From: an archaeon
GTDB taxonomy: Archaea > Asgardarchaeota > Thorarchaeia > Thorarchaeales > Thorarchaeaceae
NCBI GenBank assembly: GCA_024276825.1
Contig: JAJRWI010000033.1
Coordinates: forward strand, 32,001-96,000
Reading direction: 5' to 3'
DNA length: 64,000 nucleotides
This document shows positions 29,876-38,735 of the stretch, piece after piece. How positions within the stretch are numbered: the stretch's first letter is position 1; every line of letters begins with the position of its first letter. Position numbers and translations under genes: made by a program. The notes beneath the pieces were generated by a model, which saw nothing but the letters and a program-made list of their open reading frames with translations, was not told the DNA's origin and did not search any database.

Positions 29876-30561
29876 GCCAAAGGTCTCTTAAACTGAAAGT
29901 AATAGGTCTTGTCGAACGAATAAATGAGCTGCTTGACTTTGTCAACATGACATTGCCTACATTGTCTCATGAAACCCGTGTCTGGTCAAAGTTTAGTAAA
30001 TGGTCCTCGCAATTGCAAAGCATTCACTCAGCTATTTCAGAGGCTCTAAACACCCTTCTGCCCCAGCTTGAAAATGCATTATCATTGTCTCTTGAAAACA
30101 AGGAAGCCTTTCTCACGGTGCTGTTTCAGCCTAGCACTAGGAACCTGTTTTTAGAGATTGACACACATTTCAAAGAACAGGGGCATTATGTCCTCTCTCC
30201 CGAGGTGATGAAACACCTCTCATCATTGAGTGACATTGCAAAGATAATCGCTCTTGTTGGCGATGCAGTGATTGACATGGCAGTCCTCCATTATCTCTGG
30301 TCTCCCTTGATCGATGATGTTGGTGTTATCACACAGCAGAGAGCTGAGGTGGTCAGTAACGAGAACATGGCACGACTGTGTGACGAGTGGCGGCTCTTTG
30401 AACACCGCATCCATTTTGATCCTCCAACTGCAACCAAGTCCGAAACTGATCATATAAAGGGAACATTGGTGGAGGGAGTCTACGGACTGATATACATCGA
30501 GCATGATCTTGAGTCTGTAATGAACTCACTTATTCATCTCTACAAGGGAGTGAATATCTAG
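29857..30561 (+). CDS. Ribonuclease III domain protein (Mini-III-like, no dsRBD)
   Basis: ALVGDAVI, QRAEVVSNENMA, GTLVEGVYGLIY. Confidence 0.8.
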   Translation: MGAMAMSQRSLKLKVIGLVERINELLDFVNMTLPTLSHETRVWSKFSKWSSQLQSIHSAISEALNTLLPQLENALSLSLENKEAFLTVLFQPSTRNLFLEIDTHFKEQGHYVLSPEVMKHLSSLSDIAKIIALVGDAVIDMAVLHYLWSPLIDDVGVITQQRAEVVSNENMARLCDEWRLFEHRIHFDPPTATKSETDHIKGTLVEGVYGLIYIEHDLESVMNSLIHLYKGVNI

Positions 30562-32063
30562 AACTCTTCAAAGTCGAACTCATCATCTCTGTGGCTGGGA
30601 CTCTTCTCCAATGGGAACATCTCACTGAACTTCTTCTTGACATCACTGACAAGGTCTTTGTCACAATACACTCTCACAGATGGAATGGTCCGTTTTTGCT
30701 GTGTCAGTATTCTTGTGAGTGGTTTCCCCTCTTCGGTGTCTGAGAGGCGCACAAGGTCCATGCCTCTCTTACCGCCAACAAGGATTGGGATCTCACGAAG
30801 GTATCTCTCTCCAAGGTTGGGAATGACCACATCAATGATGCACCTTCCTGGCTCTTCAACAATCTCTAATTCTGCTTTAATGAGCGCTTCAATGTCAGTA
30901 TTGAACCTCTGCAGCTGTCTCTTTGTTTCCTTAGTGAAAGAGTTTAATGGCGAATAGAAGGCTACTTTGAAGAGTCTGCGATACCGGATTCTTGATGCAT
31001 ACTCTTGTATGAACGAGGTTTCTGACTCGCAAAGCCATTTATACAAGTCCGAGTCTGTCATCCTTGTGAAAAACCCTATGCACTCGTTCTTGGTGAATTT
31101 CTCCTCTTTCAGCCTGCAATATGTCGCCTTGGAGATCAGTGCCTCTGCAAGTTTTACAGCATGATGAATGTATAGGTCACTGAACATCCAGTTTCGGCTC
31201 AAGATCAGTGCCTCAAGTGAATGCAAGGCCTTCAGCATGAACGCACGAACAAACCTTCCGGTTTCATCCCTCACGACTCTGTTCGTCAGCAAAACTCTCT
31301 CTGCTGGGAATATCCCCAACTGAACCCCGCTATAGTATGCATCACGAATCAGATAGTCAGTCTTATCAATGTCTAGTGGACTGTCGAGAAAATCAGAAAT
31401 TAATGAGAGAATCTCATCATTACTCTGCCTCTTTAAGACATCAGCAACGGTCTTGGGATCCACATCAACTCTATCAAGGATGTCAGTCAGTCCGCTATTC
31501 CTAATTAGGTACACTCCTAGGTCCAGATGGTCCATACCCACATAATTTTTCAGGGCAAACTCGATTGTATGCGAGGTTGGCGGATGACCAATGTCGTGAA
31601 GTAAAGCGGCTGCCCTGAATATCTTCTGATGATAGTCGCTGAGTAGATTAGTGAGGGGAGTAAAGCAGACATTGTCTAGGTCGTCGCAATAGTTCACAAC
31701 ATGAATACACTTCTGAGCTAGGAAGTTAGTGCCGAGACAGTGTTGAAACCGGGTATGTGTGGCTCCAGGATATACAATGTGTGCTGGGCCAAGCTGCAGA
31801 ACAAAACGTAGTCTCTGCATCTCCCAACTCGAGATCACATCTAGCTCCCATGGCTCGAAGAGAATTGCACCGTGGATGGGATCTTGGACTGCTTTTTGAC
31901 GTGTGTGCTGCTCTCCAAGAGCAATCAGTTTCTCATGCCTGACAATTGCCTCCTCTATCTTATTCCATCTCTCATTCCTTGCCCCTCGTGCAGTAATAAT
32001 ATCCGACTCACGAACTCCTGTAATGCGAATGAGATTGATCAACTCAACGTCAGGGCTGTTCAA
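30558..32063 (-). CDS. HD-domain dNTP triphosphohydrolase (SAMHD1/YwfO-like)
   Basis: DPIHG, QRLRFVLQLG, YPGATHTRFQH, LLHDIGH, DIDKTDYLIRD. Confidence 0.92.
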   Translation of the reverse strand: MNSPDVELINLIRITGVRESDIITARGARNERWNKIEEAIVRHEKLIALGEQHTRQKAVQDPIHGAILFEPWELDVISSWEMQRLRFVLQLGPAHIVYPGATHTRFQHCLGTNFLAQKCIHVVNYCDDLDNVCFTPLTNLLSDYHQKIFRAAALLHDIGHPPTSHTIEFALKNYVGMDHLDLGVYLIRNSGLTDILDRVDVDPKTVADVLKRQSNDEILSLISDFLDSPLDIDKTDYLIRDAYYSGVQLGIFPAERVLLTNRVVRDETGRFVRAFMLKALHSLEALILSRNWMFSDLYIHHAVKLAEALISKATYCRLKEEKFTKNECIGFFTRMTDSDLYKWLCESETSFIQEYASRIRYRRLFKVAFYSPLNSFTKETKRQLQRFNTDIEALIKAELEIVEEPGRCIIDVVIPNLGERYLREIPILVGGKRGMDLVRLSDTEEGKPLTRILTQQKRTIPSVRVYCDKDLVSDVKKKFSEMFPLEKSPSHRDDEFDFEEF

Positions 32064-32110
32064 GATTCAGGCCTCCCAAATCAATTAGAAACAACCTCAA
32101 TCACTTAAGT

Positions 32111-32656
32111 TTAAGGTCTTGGTGGTGAGCCAGTTCTTCGCATTTTCTCTCTGACCTTTGCATACTCCAATGTATTGCCAGTTATCATTCGCTTACAATA
32201 GATGTCCTCCTCACAATAGTTCCAGTTTCGCATGGCCTTGCATGATGGTGATGGACGCTTCCTGTAGAATGGAGGATTGATCAGGTGTGCAGCTGTGAGA
32301 TAATCAACCACTGTCCTTATGCTATGCCTTCGAAATGCCCTCTTGATACATGGAGGAGCCCTCTTCAGTAGTTCCAAGTCCACAAGTCTGAACAGACGGG
32401 ACCATAGTGGGCACTCCTTTGCTTTGTACAGGAGCTTGCAGTTCGGGCACAATCTATTCTCAAAGGCCACCTCGCAAAACTCGAAGAATGCCTGCTGATC
32501 TAGAAAGGAGAGTTTTAGCAGATGGAACTTTATCTGAATGAAGTGATATGGTGTAAACGAACCCATCTCCTGAACAAAAGCTGCTATCTCTTCTGCCAGT
32601 TCATCTGCTGTGCAGTTCCAGTACTCTTCGTTCAGAAAGGGCTTATCATTACTCAT
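32111..32656 (-). CDS. Protein resembling the C-terminal Fe-S domain of primase large subunit
   Basis: PPCI...H...PSCKAM...YCEEDIYC Cys spacing. Confidence 0.5.
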   Translation of the reverse strand: MSNDKPFLNEEYWNCTADELAEEIAAFVQEMGSFTPYHFIQIKFHLLKLSFLDQQAFFEFCEVAFENRLCPNCKLLYKAKECPLWSRLFRLVDLELLKRAPPCIKRAFRRHSIRTVVDYLTAAHLINPPFYRKRPSPSCKAMRNWNYCEEDIYCKRMITGNTLEYAKVREKMRRTGSPPRP

Positions 32657-32806
32657 TATCTTCCAACACTCAACACTTGCTCGGATAACTTAAACTCATT
32701 AAAAGAAGTAGCTGTAAATAAATGAACCAAGTTATCCCCACAAAACCTTAAATTATGGATTAAATGACCCCTAACATACACCGTTAGCCAGTGAGGTCTT
32801 TGACTC

Positions 32807-33817
32807 ATGCCAAAACTTGATGTGTCCAGTGAGATGTCCTTCAAAGAAGTGATAAGCTCAATAGAGCTTGCCGACATCACTGGTGACGGGAAGGACAACC
32901 TTGTTCTATCAACAATAAATGGGGACATTCGAATCTACGAGTTTCAGCGCAGCAAAAAGGAGCCTCTTATCGAAATCTGTACTGCCTCTAATCTACCCCC
33001 AGTGGCCACCCTCGGAGTGGGCGATGTGACTGGTGATGGCGTACCGGACATAATCGCGGGAGGTATGGACAACTCGCTTAAGACGGTGTCATATGAGGAT
33101 GGCAAACTTGTAATAAAGGACACAACCCCACTTGGAAATCTGCCCACTGCAATCTGTGTTCTTAATGTTGAGGGTGATGAGGCAATGGAAGTTATCGTTG
33201 CTACAAGCGATAATGCCTTGCGTTGCTATAGCTGGTTTGAAGTCGCTCTTGACAAGCTGGCCCACAAAGTGGTTGAGCATCCGATTTTTTCCATGGTGCC
33301 GCTTCACACCAAGGGTGTTCCATATTCAAGATTCGTGTTTGGTGATGAATCGGGCCATATCTATGTCTATCAGTATCAAGATGATCGCCTTCATGAGAGG
33401 TCGCGTGTTAAAGTAAAGGGTCAGGTCACTCTTGTTGCAACTGGCAGTGTTACAAATAGTCGGACTGATGAGATTATTGCGGTGTCTGACGGTTCAGTCC
33501 TCAATTTTCTGCATGTAGTCCAGAATGACATCAAAATGATGGACAGAATACGTGCTCCTGGCGCAGTGACCTCAGTCAAGATAGGACCCATTGGAACGCA
33601 AGACACTGATGAATACATAATGTCTTCACAAGGAAATTCAAAGCTCACTCTTCTATCGTTTTACAACAACCGAATGAATGAGTATCTCTCAATAAAGACT
33701 GCCAAGAAGTCTGTCGAATCGTTTATTGCCATTGGAAACATATATGGCAATGGCGAGTCTCACATCATTCAGGCAGTACGCAACAAGATCAATGTGATAT
33801 CGCTTGTTGATGATTGA
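32807..33817 (+). CDS. FG-GAP/VCBS-repeat beta-propeller protein
   Basis: DITGDGKDNLV, GDVTGDGVPDII, NVEGDEAMEVI, GNIYGNGESHII; no signal peptide. Confidence 0.8.
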   Translation: MPKLDVSSEMSFKEVISSIELADITGDGKDNLVLSTINGDIRIYEFQRSKKEPLIEICTASNLPPVATLGVGDVTGDGVPDIIAGGMDNSLKTVSYEDGKLVIKDTTPLGNLPTAICVLNVEGDEAMEVIVATSDNALRCYSWFEVALDKLAHKVVEHPIFSMVPLHTKGVPYSRFVFGDESGHIYVYQYQDDRLHERSRVKVKGQVTLVATGSVTNSRTDEIIAVSDGSVLNFLHVVQNDIKMMDRIRAPGAVTSVKIGPIGTQDTDEYIMSSQGNSKLTLLSFYNNRMNEYLSIKTAKKSVESFIAIGNIYGNGESHIIQAVRNKINVISLVDD

Positions 33818-33821
33818 GCGT

Positions 33822-34253
33822 TCAATCGAGTTTTGGCATGAAAACCTCTTCAGGTTTTAGAACTCTGACTGTCTTAATCTGGACATGCTCCTTGATCTTG
33901 GGAATAATCTCGCCCTCAATCCATTGCTTGACTGTGGCTCGTGCGTCATCAATTGTGTCCCCTTCTGCATTCATATCAAAACGAATGAATAGGTTGTAAG
34001 GCTCGCGCTCATTTGCTTCTTTCTTGATCATTGCCCAGAAAGCCTTTGACCCTGCAGGAACATCGATTCTACCAAGGATTTCGACCCACGATTTGTTCTC
34101 CACTTTTTTGGTGACTCTTGCGAGGTCCTTCAACTCTGGTATTTTTTTCAGTGCCTCAAGTACAGCATTGCTATCTCTATCTATGTCAATGTCTTCGAAT
34201 TCTGCCAGAAGATAATGATCAGCCCTGAATTTTGCCATGGATTGAGTCTCCAT
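33822..34253 (-). CDS. Hypothetical protein
   Basis: 143-aa ORF co-oriented with upstream lipid genes. Confidence 0.65.
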   Translation of the reverse strand: METQSMAKFRADHYLLAEFEDIDIDRDSNAVLEALKKIPELKDLARVTKKVENKSWVEILGRIDVPAGSKAFWAMIKKEANEREPYNLFIRFDMNAEGDTIDDARATVKQWIEGEIIPKIKEHVQIKTVRVLKPEEVFMPKLD

Positions 34254-34285
34254 TGTTCGTTGTGTGCGCCCAGCATTTCTTTCTC

Positions 34286-34897
34286 TTAAATATGATGGTC
34301 TGTTATTTCGTTCAACTCTGCCATATAATGGTGTGCACGATATGCTGCTGTGAGGATTCCAATCAGAGTGACAACTACAATACCCAGCAGTGTCTGTTGA
34401 AACAATGACATTAGAACCAGAATGAACAACCTCTCGGATCTTGCACCAAGACCGACATCAAGGTCTTGGACACCGAGTGTTTCCGCCCTTGCCCTGGTAT
34501 AACTGGTCATAATCCATCCGATAATGCAGATGACTATCCACAACTGCACAGAAACACCAAAGACATCACTACTTGGATACGCAATCCAGATGGAGAGAAG
34601 AATCACCATCTCGCTAACCTTGTCAATGACTGAATCGGTAAAGGCTCCCGCGGGACGTGCTCGACCGGTTTCTCTTGCAACAGCGCCATCCACACCATCA
34701 AAGAAACCCACGAGGAACACGAACATCCCATAGATGATCTGCGACTTGAAGATGGTGATTATGAGAAAGGCACAGAGGGCAAACAATAGTGTGAGATAGG
34801 TTATCGCGTCTGGGGACACATTCGCACTAATGAAGGGCTTTGCCACTGCGCACACTGGTCTTCTAAACACCTTTCGAAGTCTAAATCTGCTCGGCAC
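34286..34897 (-). CDS. CDP-alcohol phosphatidyltransferase (archaetidylinositol phosphate synthase-like)
   Basis: DGVDGAVAR...GAFTDSVIDK, SYTRARAE, RSERL. Confidence 0.92.
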   Translation of the reverse strand: MPSRFRLRKVFRRPVCAVAKPFISANVSPDAITYLTLLFALCAFLIITIFKSQIIYGMFVFLVGFFDGVDGAVARETGRARPAGAFTDSVIDKVSEMVILLSIWIAYPSSDVFGVSVQLWIVICIIGWIMTSYTRARAETLGVQDLDVGLGARSERLFILVLMSLFQQTLLGIVVVTLIGILTAAYRAHHYMAELNEITDHHI

Positions 34898-34900
34898 TTG

Positions 34901-35902
34901 TTAGCCCCCTTGGGTGATTATGTGCTTTCTATAGATGACACAATGGTCATAATGACCTTTTGGAACGCTTGCATTCTGCGTAATGCAATGAGCCAGTGCA
35001 CTATTAGGTGCAACAGTCGTGTTAGAACCCAGACTCGCATATGGACCAATTACGCAATGATCTCCCAGCTTACAATCTTTAGCAATGAATGTCGGTCCCA
35101 CCATACGAACTCCACTGCCAATGATACCCTCCGAAGAGAATTCCACAGAATCTCCGGTTTCAAAGACATCTCCTGCATGAACAACTATGGAGCCTTGGGA
35201 CTCGGTCATGGTTTCGAGAAGATGCCTGTTTGCAGCCAATAATGACCGCAGATCATCAACATCGTGCCATATACGCCACTTAACATCAACAGCAGACACA
35301 CTCACTCCCTCACTTATTGTAGATTGGATGACCTCGCTCACTTTAGATTGTCCCTCTCGCACAGCCTTACTGCACATACTCGCAAAGTCCCTTCCCGCAA
35401 TGATCACTTGTGCTGATGATGCTCTCTTATAATGGCCGCCCTGAACACCACCCATTGCAATCACATTGTTCCTATCATCCAAATAAACGGGAGTGCCCCT
35501 GCGAACTGAAGTATCAACTGCCATCGTGACTATAGCTCTGTTCTTCCTATGAGTATTCAATACACATCTCAATAATTCAGGTCTTATAACACAGTCCGAT
35601 GGACATAGCAGAAAATCGTCAACATCAACATTCCTAATCACTCCAACAAGGGTATGTAATGGACCTCTCTGCCATTCGGGAACATATTGTGTAGTCACTC
35701 CATCAAAATACTTGATATGTTGTTCAAGCATCTCATGTTTCCATCCGGTCCCAACAAATACTGTGTCTATCTCGCCCTTGATGATGTGAATCAGATGTTC
35801 GATGAGTGTGGCTCCCGCAACCTCTATGAGTTGCTTTGGAACTGAATCCGTCAGGGGCCTGAGTCTTTCCCCTCGGCCTGCGCTCAGAATTATTGCGATT
35901 AT
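34901..35902 (-). CDS. Sugar-phosphate nucleotidyltransferase with hexapeptide C-terminus
   Basis: Frame extends upstream of the listed ORF to IIAIILSAGRGERLRPLTDSVPKQL; probable ATA start 7 nt after GGAGG. Confidence 0.85.
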   Translation of the reverse strand: MIAIILSAGRGERLRPLTDSVPKQLIEVAGATLIEHLIHIIKGEIDTVFVGTGWKHEMLEQHIKYFDGVTTQYVPEWQRGPLHTLVGVIRNVDVDDFLLCPSDCVIRPELLRCVLNTHRKNRAIVTMAVDTSVRRGTPVYLDDRNNVIAMGGVQGGHYKRASSAQVIIAGRDFASMCSKAVREGQSKVSEVIQSTISEGVSVSAVDVKWRIWHDVDDLRSLLAANRHLLETMTESQGSIVVHAGDVFETGDSVEFSSEGIIGSGVRMVGPTFIAKDCKLGDHCVIGPYASLGSNTTVAPNSALAHCITQNASVPKGHYDHCVIYRKHIITQGG

Positions 35903-36047
35903 TTGAACTCCTCCATTTCTGAAGTTTACTCTCTAATAATGATCAAAGGCGATGAGTTTCTAAGGATCAACTAAACTTAACATCTCTCATTGGGTCTCCA
36001 AATAATCATCGTGGTCAATGACTCATCACTAGAATCAGCATAGGTGT

Positions 36048-36971
36048 CTAATGCATGTTTTCATTCAAGTCTTCCCAGAAGCCTCGATTAGCATAGGCAG
36101 CAGGATTCTCTTCAAATCGTTCCTTACATTTCCTAGTACAAAAATGGAAGGTTTTTCCCTCATATGTTGTGACAATCTCGGATGATCTATTCACAAGCAT
36201 AAGACAGACAGGATCAATAATGAACCCGTCTGACCATCTCACACTGATCTTGCCATCTTCAAGCCAGAGCACTCTATCCGCAAGGTCTCTTATTCTAAGG
36301 TCGTGTGTCGCAATTATAATGGTCTTTCCCTGCTCCTTTGCTATGTTTCGCAACAGTCGTATGACCTCATGTCCAGTCTTTGAGTCAAGGTTTGCAGTTG
36401 GCTCATCCGCGAGGATTATCTGAGGATTATTGGCAAGAGCTCTGGCAATCGCCACACGTTGTTGCTCCCCGCCACTGAGCTGACTTGGTCGATGATTAAC
36501 CCTCTCTCCGAGACCCATTTGTTTCAATAGCTGCTCAGCACGATATCTCGCATTGGCCCCCTTGACGCCTGCAAGGTTCAACACAACTTCAACATTCTGA
36601 ATGGCTGTGAGCGCCGAGAGTAGATTTGGGCTCTGGAAGACAAAGCCAATCTCCTCACGACGTATTCGGGAGAGCTCTTTCTTTGACAGGCCGTTTAGGT
36701 TTCTCCCATTGATGATGACATCACCCGAAGTGGGTGTCAACAAAGCACCAATTAGCTGAATGAGTGTTGTCTTTCCAGACCCAGATGGTCCCATTATCAC
36801 AATGATCTCGCCAAGTTCCACATGAAGCGAAACATCATTAACTGCGACCACTGAGGTGTGCTTTGACCCATAGACCTTGGTCGCATGATATAATTCGACG
36901 GCTCTGTCAATATCATCATGCTGTTCAAAATCCACAACATCACGCCTCCTTAAAAACAAGGGCCGGGTCAA
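36048..36971 (-). CDS. MacB/LolD-type ABC ATPase with C-terminal YHS domain
   Basis: GPSGSGKT, LSGGEQQ, ADEPTANLD; IDPVC...YEGKTFHFC. Confidence 0.92.
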   Translation of the reverse strand: MTRPLFLRRRDVVDFEQHDDIDRAVELYHATKVYGSKHTSVVAVNDVSLHVELGEIIVIMGPSGSGKTTLIQLIGALLTPTSGDVIINGRNLNGLSKKELSRIRREEIGFVFQSPNLLSALTAIQNVEVVLNLAGVKGANARYRAEQLLKQMGLGERVNHRPSQLSGGEQQRVAIARALANNPQIILADEPTANLDSKTGHEVIRLLRNIAKEQGKTIIIATHDLRIRDLADRVLWLEDGKISVRWSDGFIIDPVCLMLVNRSSEIVTTYEGKTFHFCTRKCKERFEENPAAYANRGFWEDLNENMH

Positions 36972-38049
36972 TCCCTGCTATCTTCTTCACTGGAATGACT
37001 GAAGCCACAATTCCCGTAAGTATACCAAGCAATGAAACTCCCAACATCATGTTAGGTGTGATTGTCACAAGAAACTCTGGAACATAAATCTGCATTATTG
37101 AGATCAACGGTGGGACAACAATAGAACCAATAACAAATCCAAGTATTGACACAATCAGTGCTTGTTCAAGCACGATTCGATATATCTGCGGATTAGTAGC
37201 GCCAACGGCCTTAAGAATTCCATATTCTTTGGCTTTATCCATTGTCAGGCTATAGAGCAACACACCAATGACCTGAATACCTACAAGCAGTCCAATTGTG
37301 CTAAGGAGGTAAAAAATTGGAATGAATCCTCCCAGAATCTCATCCTTGTACGCTTGGGCAGTGTCTGTTGACGTGTTTGCAGACACATCTGTTAATGACG
37401 ACTCGATGTTGTTAATCACTTCAGCTAAAGTGTAGCCCGAATCAACCTTTACAAGAAAATAATTAGTCACCCCTTCTAAGAGGAATGTCTTTGCATCATC
37501 AAAGGTCATGAAGACCATATAGGCTATCATTAGATTTGTTCTATCCGACAGGCCAACAATACGAAAGTCCTTCTCAGCAATAGTCAGATTTCCGCCAACT
37601 TCTAGACCCTGTTTCTGCGCCAAGGTTCTATCAATGATGATCTCACCATTCTCGACCTCCGACTTTCCCTCAATCACACTCCACGGGCCACCAAGACCTG
37701 TTTCGATATCATAGCCATTCAAGTAAAGCAATACTTTCTCGTCATTGATTTTCACGGACAAAGGCGTTCGAATAAGGGGTGAGACCTCACTAACACCTTC
37801 AATCTGAGTCAGATTGTCCTGGATTGAAATTGGAAGCAGGGATGGGCTATGAAATGAGCCACTAGCCCCCTCCGATGTGATCCAAAGATCAGCATCAGCT
37901 CCAGTAATCATGTCATCCATCATTGTTGAAAACGCCTCATTCAACCCAACCATGGTTAGAATGAGGAAAACGCTGAGCACTATTCCGCCAATGCTCACTG
38001 CTACTTTTGACTTCTCATGAGCCAGATTTCGTCTTGCTACACTTACCAT
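36940..38049 (-). CDS. MacB/FtsX-type ABC permease
   Basis: ARRNL, TM1, large extracellular loop, EYGILKAVGA, DPALVF. Confidence 0.9.
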   Translation of the reverse strand: MVSVARRNLAHEKSKVAVSIGGIVLSVFLILTMVGLNEAFSTMMDDMITGADADLWITSEGASGSFHSPSLLPISIQDNLTQIEGVSEVSPLIRTPLSVKINDEKVLLYLNGYDIETGLGGPWSVIEGKSEVENGEIIIDRTLAQKQGLEVGGNLTIAEKDFRIVGLSDRTNLMIAYMVFMTFDDAKTFLLEGVTNYFLVKVDSGYTLAEVINNIESSLTDVSANTSTDTAQAYKDEILGGFIPIFYLLSTIGLLVGIQVIGVLLYSLTMDKAKEYGILKAVGATNPQIYRIVLEQALIVSILGFVIGSIVVPPLISIMQIYVPEFLVTITPNMMLGVSLLGILTGIVASVIPVKKIAGIDPALVFKEA

Positions 38050-38111
38050 GAAAATCACATCCATGACTACTTCAACATTATAACTAATAGCCCCGAATGA
38101 TAAAACTGACA

Positions 38112-38150
38112 TCGGATGGAAATCAAAGATTGACTTCGAAATCCATCCGA
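38112..38150. terminator. Inverted repeat between the YHS gene and the permease gene
   Basis: TCGGATGGA...TCCATCCGA. Confidence 0.45.
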
Positions 38151-38167
38151 CTCATAAAACTAGATGT

Positions 38168-38314
38168 CTAGTGTTTCATGTAGTTCATTGGGGCTTCGTC
38201 GAACTTCTTTTTACACATTTCACAACAGAAATAAAACTTCTTTCCCATGTGCTCTGATGTAAATTTCGCCGAACTCTCATTAACTTCCATTCCACAGACA
38301 GGATCTTTTGCCAT
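38168..38314 (-). CDS. YHS-domain copper chaperone
   Basis: MAKDPVCGMEV...GKKFYFCCEMCKKKF; upstream AAGGAG. Confidence 0.9.
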   Translation of the reverse strand: MAKDPVCGMEVNESSAKFTSEHMGKKFYFCCEMCKKKFDEAPMNYMKH

Positions 38315-38369
38315 AATACCATTCTCCTTTCTTGTTACCATTTTCGCACTGCCTGCTAACCATAAAGAA

Positions 38370-38515
38370 CCACTCATTTCTAGTTGGACAATCTCGGACA
38401 TCTGAGTTCCGTCTGCCTAGAAAATGGCACCGGGAACATTTCGAAAGTGAGTTTCATAAGACTCCCAATAAACTTGCATAATTTCAGACCTTTAATTAGT
38501 TCTTTATTTGATGAG
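38370..38515 (-). repeat. Partial copy of the 5' region of the stand-alone RNA locus
   Basis: Minus strand GAAATGTTCCCGGTGCCATTTTCTAGGCAGACGGAACTCAGATGTCCGAGATTGTCCAACTAGAAATGA aligns with 26977-27044 GAAATGTGCCCAGTGCCATTCCTGGGTGGACGGGACTGAGATGTCCAAGAATGTCCAATTTACAATGA. Confidence 0.75.
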
Positions 38516-38603
38516 TATCCAGGTTTGTCCAACTCTCAATGTATGGTTACCTCATGGTTCGCATAGACAATGTATTTTGACTGTCAGCAAACATATCACA
38601 TTT

Positions 38604-38670
38604 GATATATCGATGCAGTCATATCATTACTTACCCGAAACTATATAAATATATCGTCATAGATATATCG
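38604..38670. promoter_or_regulatory. Candidate metal-regulator operator in the divergent copA/YHS promoter
   Basis: ATATATCG occurs three times (palindromic GATATATC at 38604 and 38662) around a TATATAAA box. Confidence 0.4.
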
Positions 38671-38735
38671 CAGGCAACTAATGAGGAGTATGTGTTGCTA
38701 CGGTCATGCATACTCTGAGTTGGATGGTGTGACAA

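Noticed and set aside
38126-38137. AAGATTGACTTC in the hairpin loop, identical to 26298-26309 in the GyrI-like gene
   Set aside because: An isolated 12-mer not attached to a recognisable scaffold; such pairs are expected in 64 kb.
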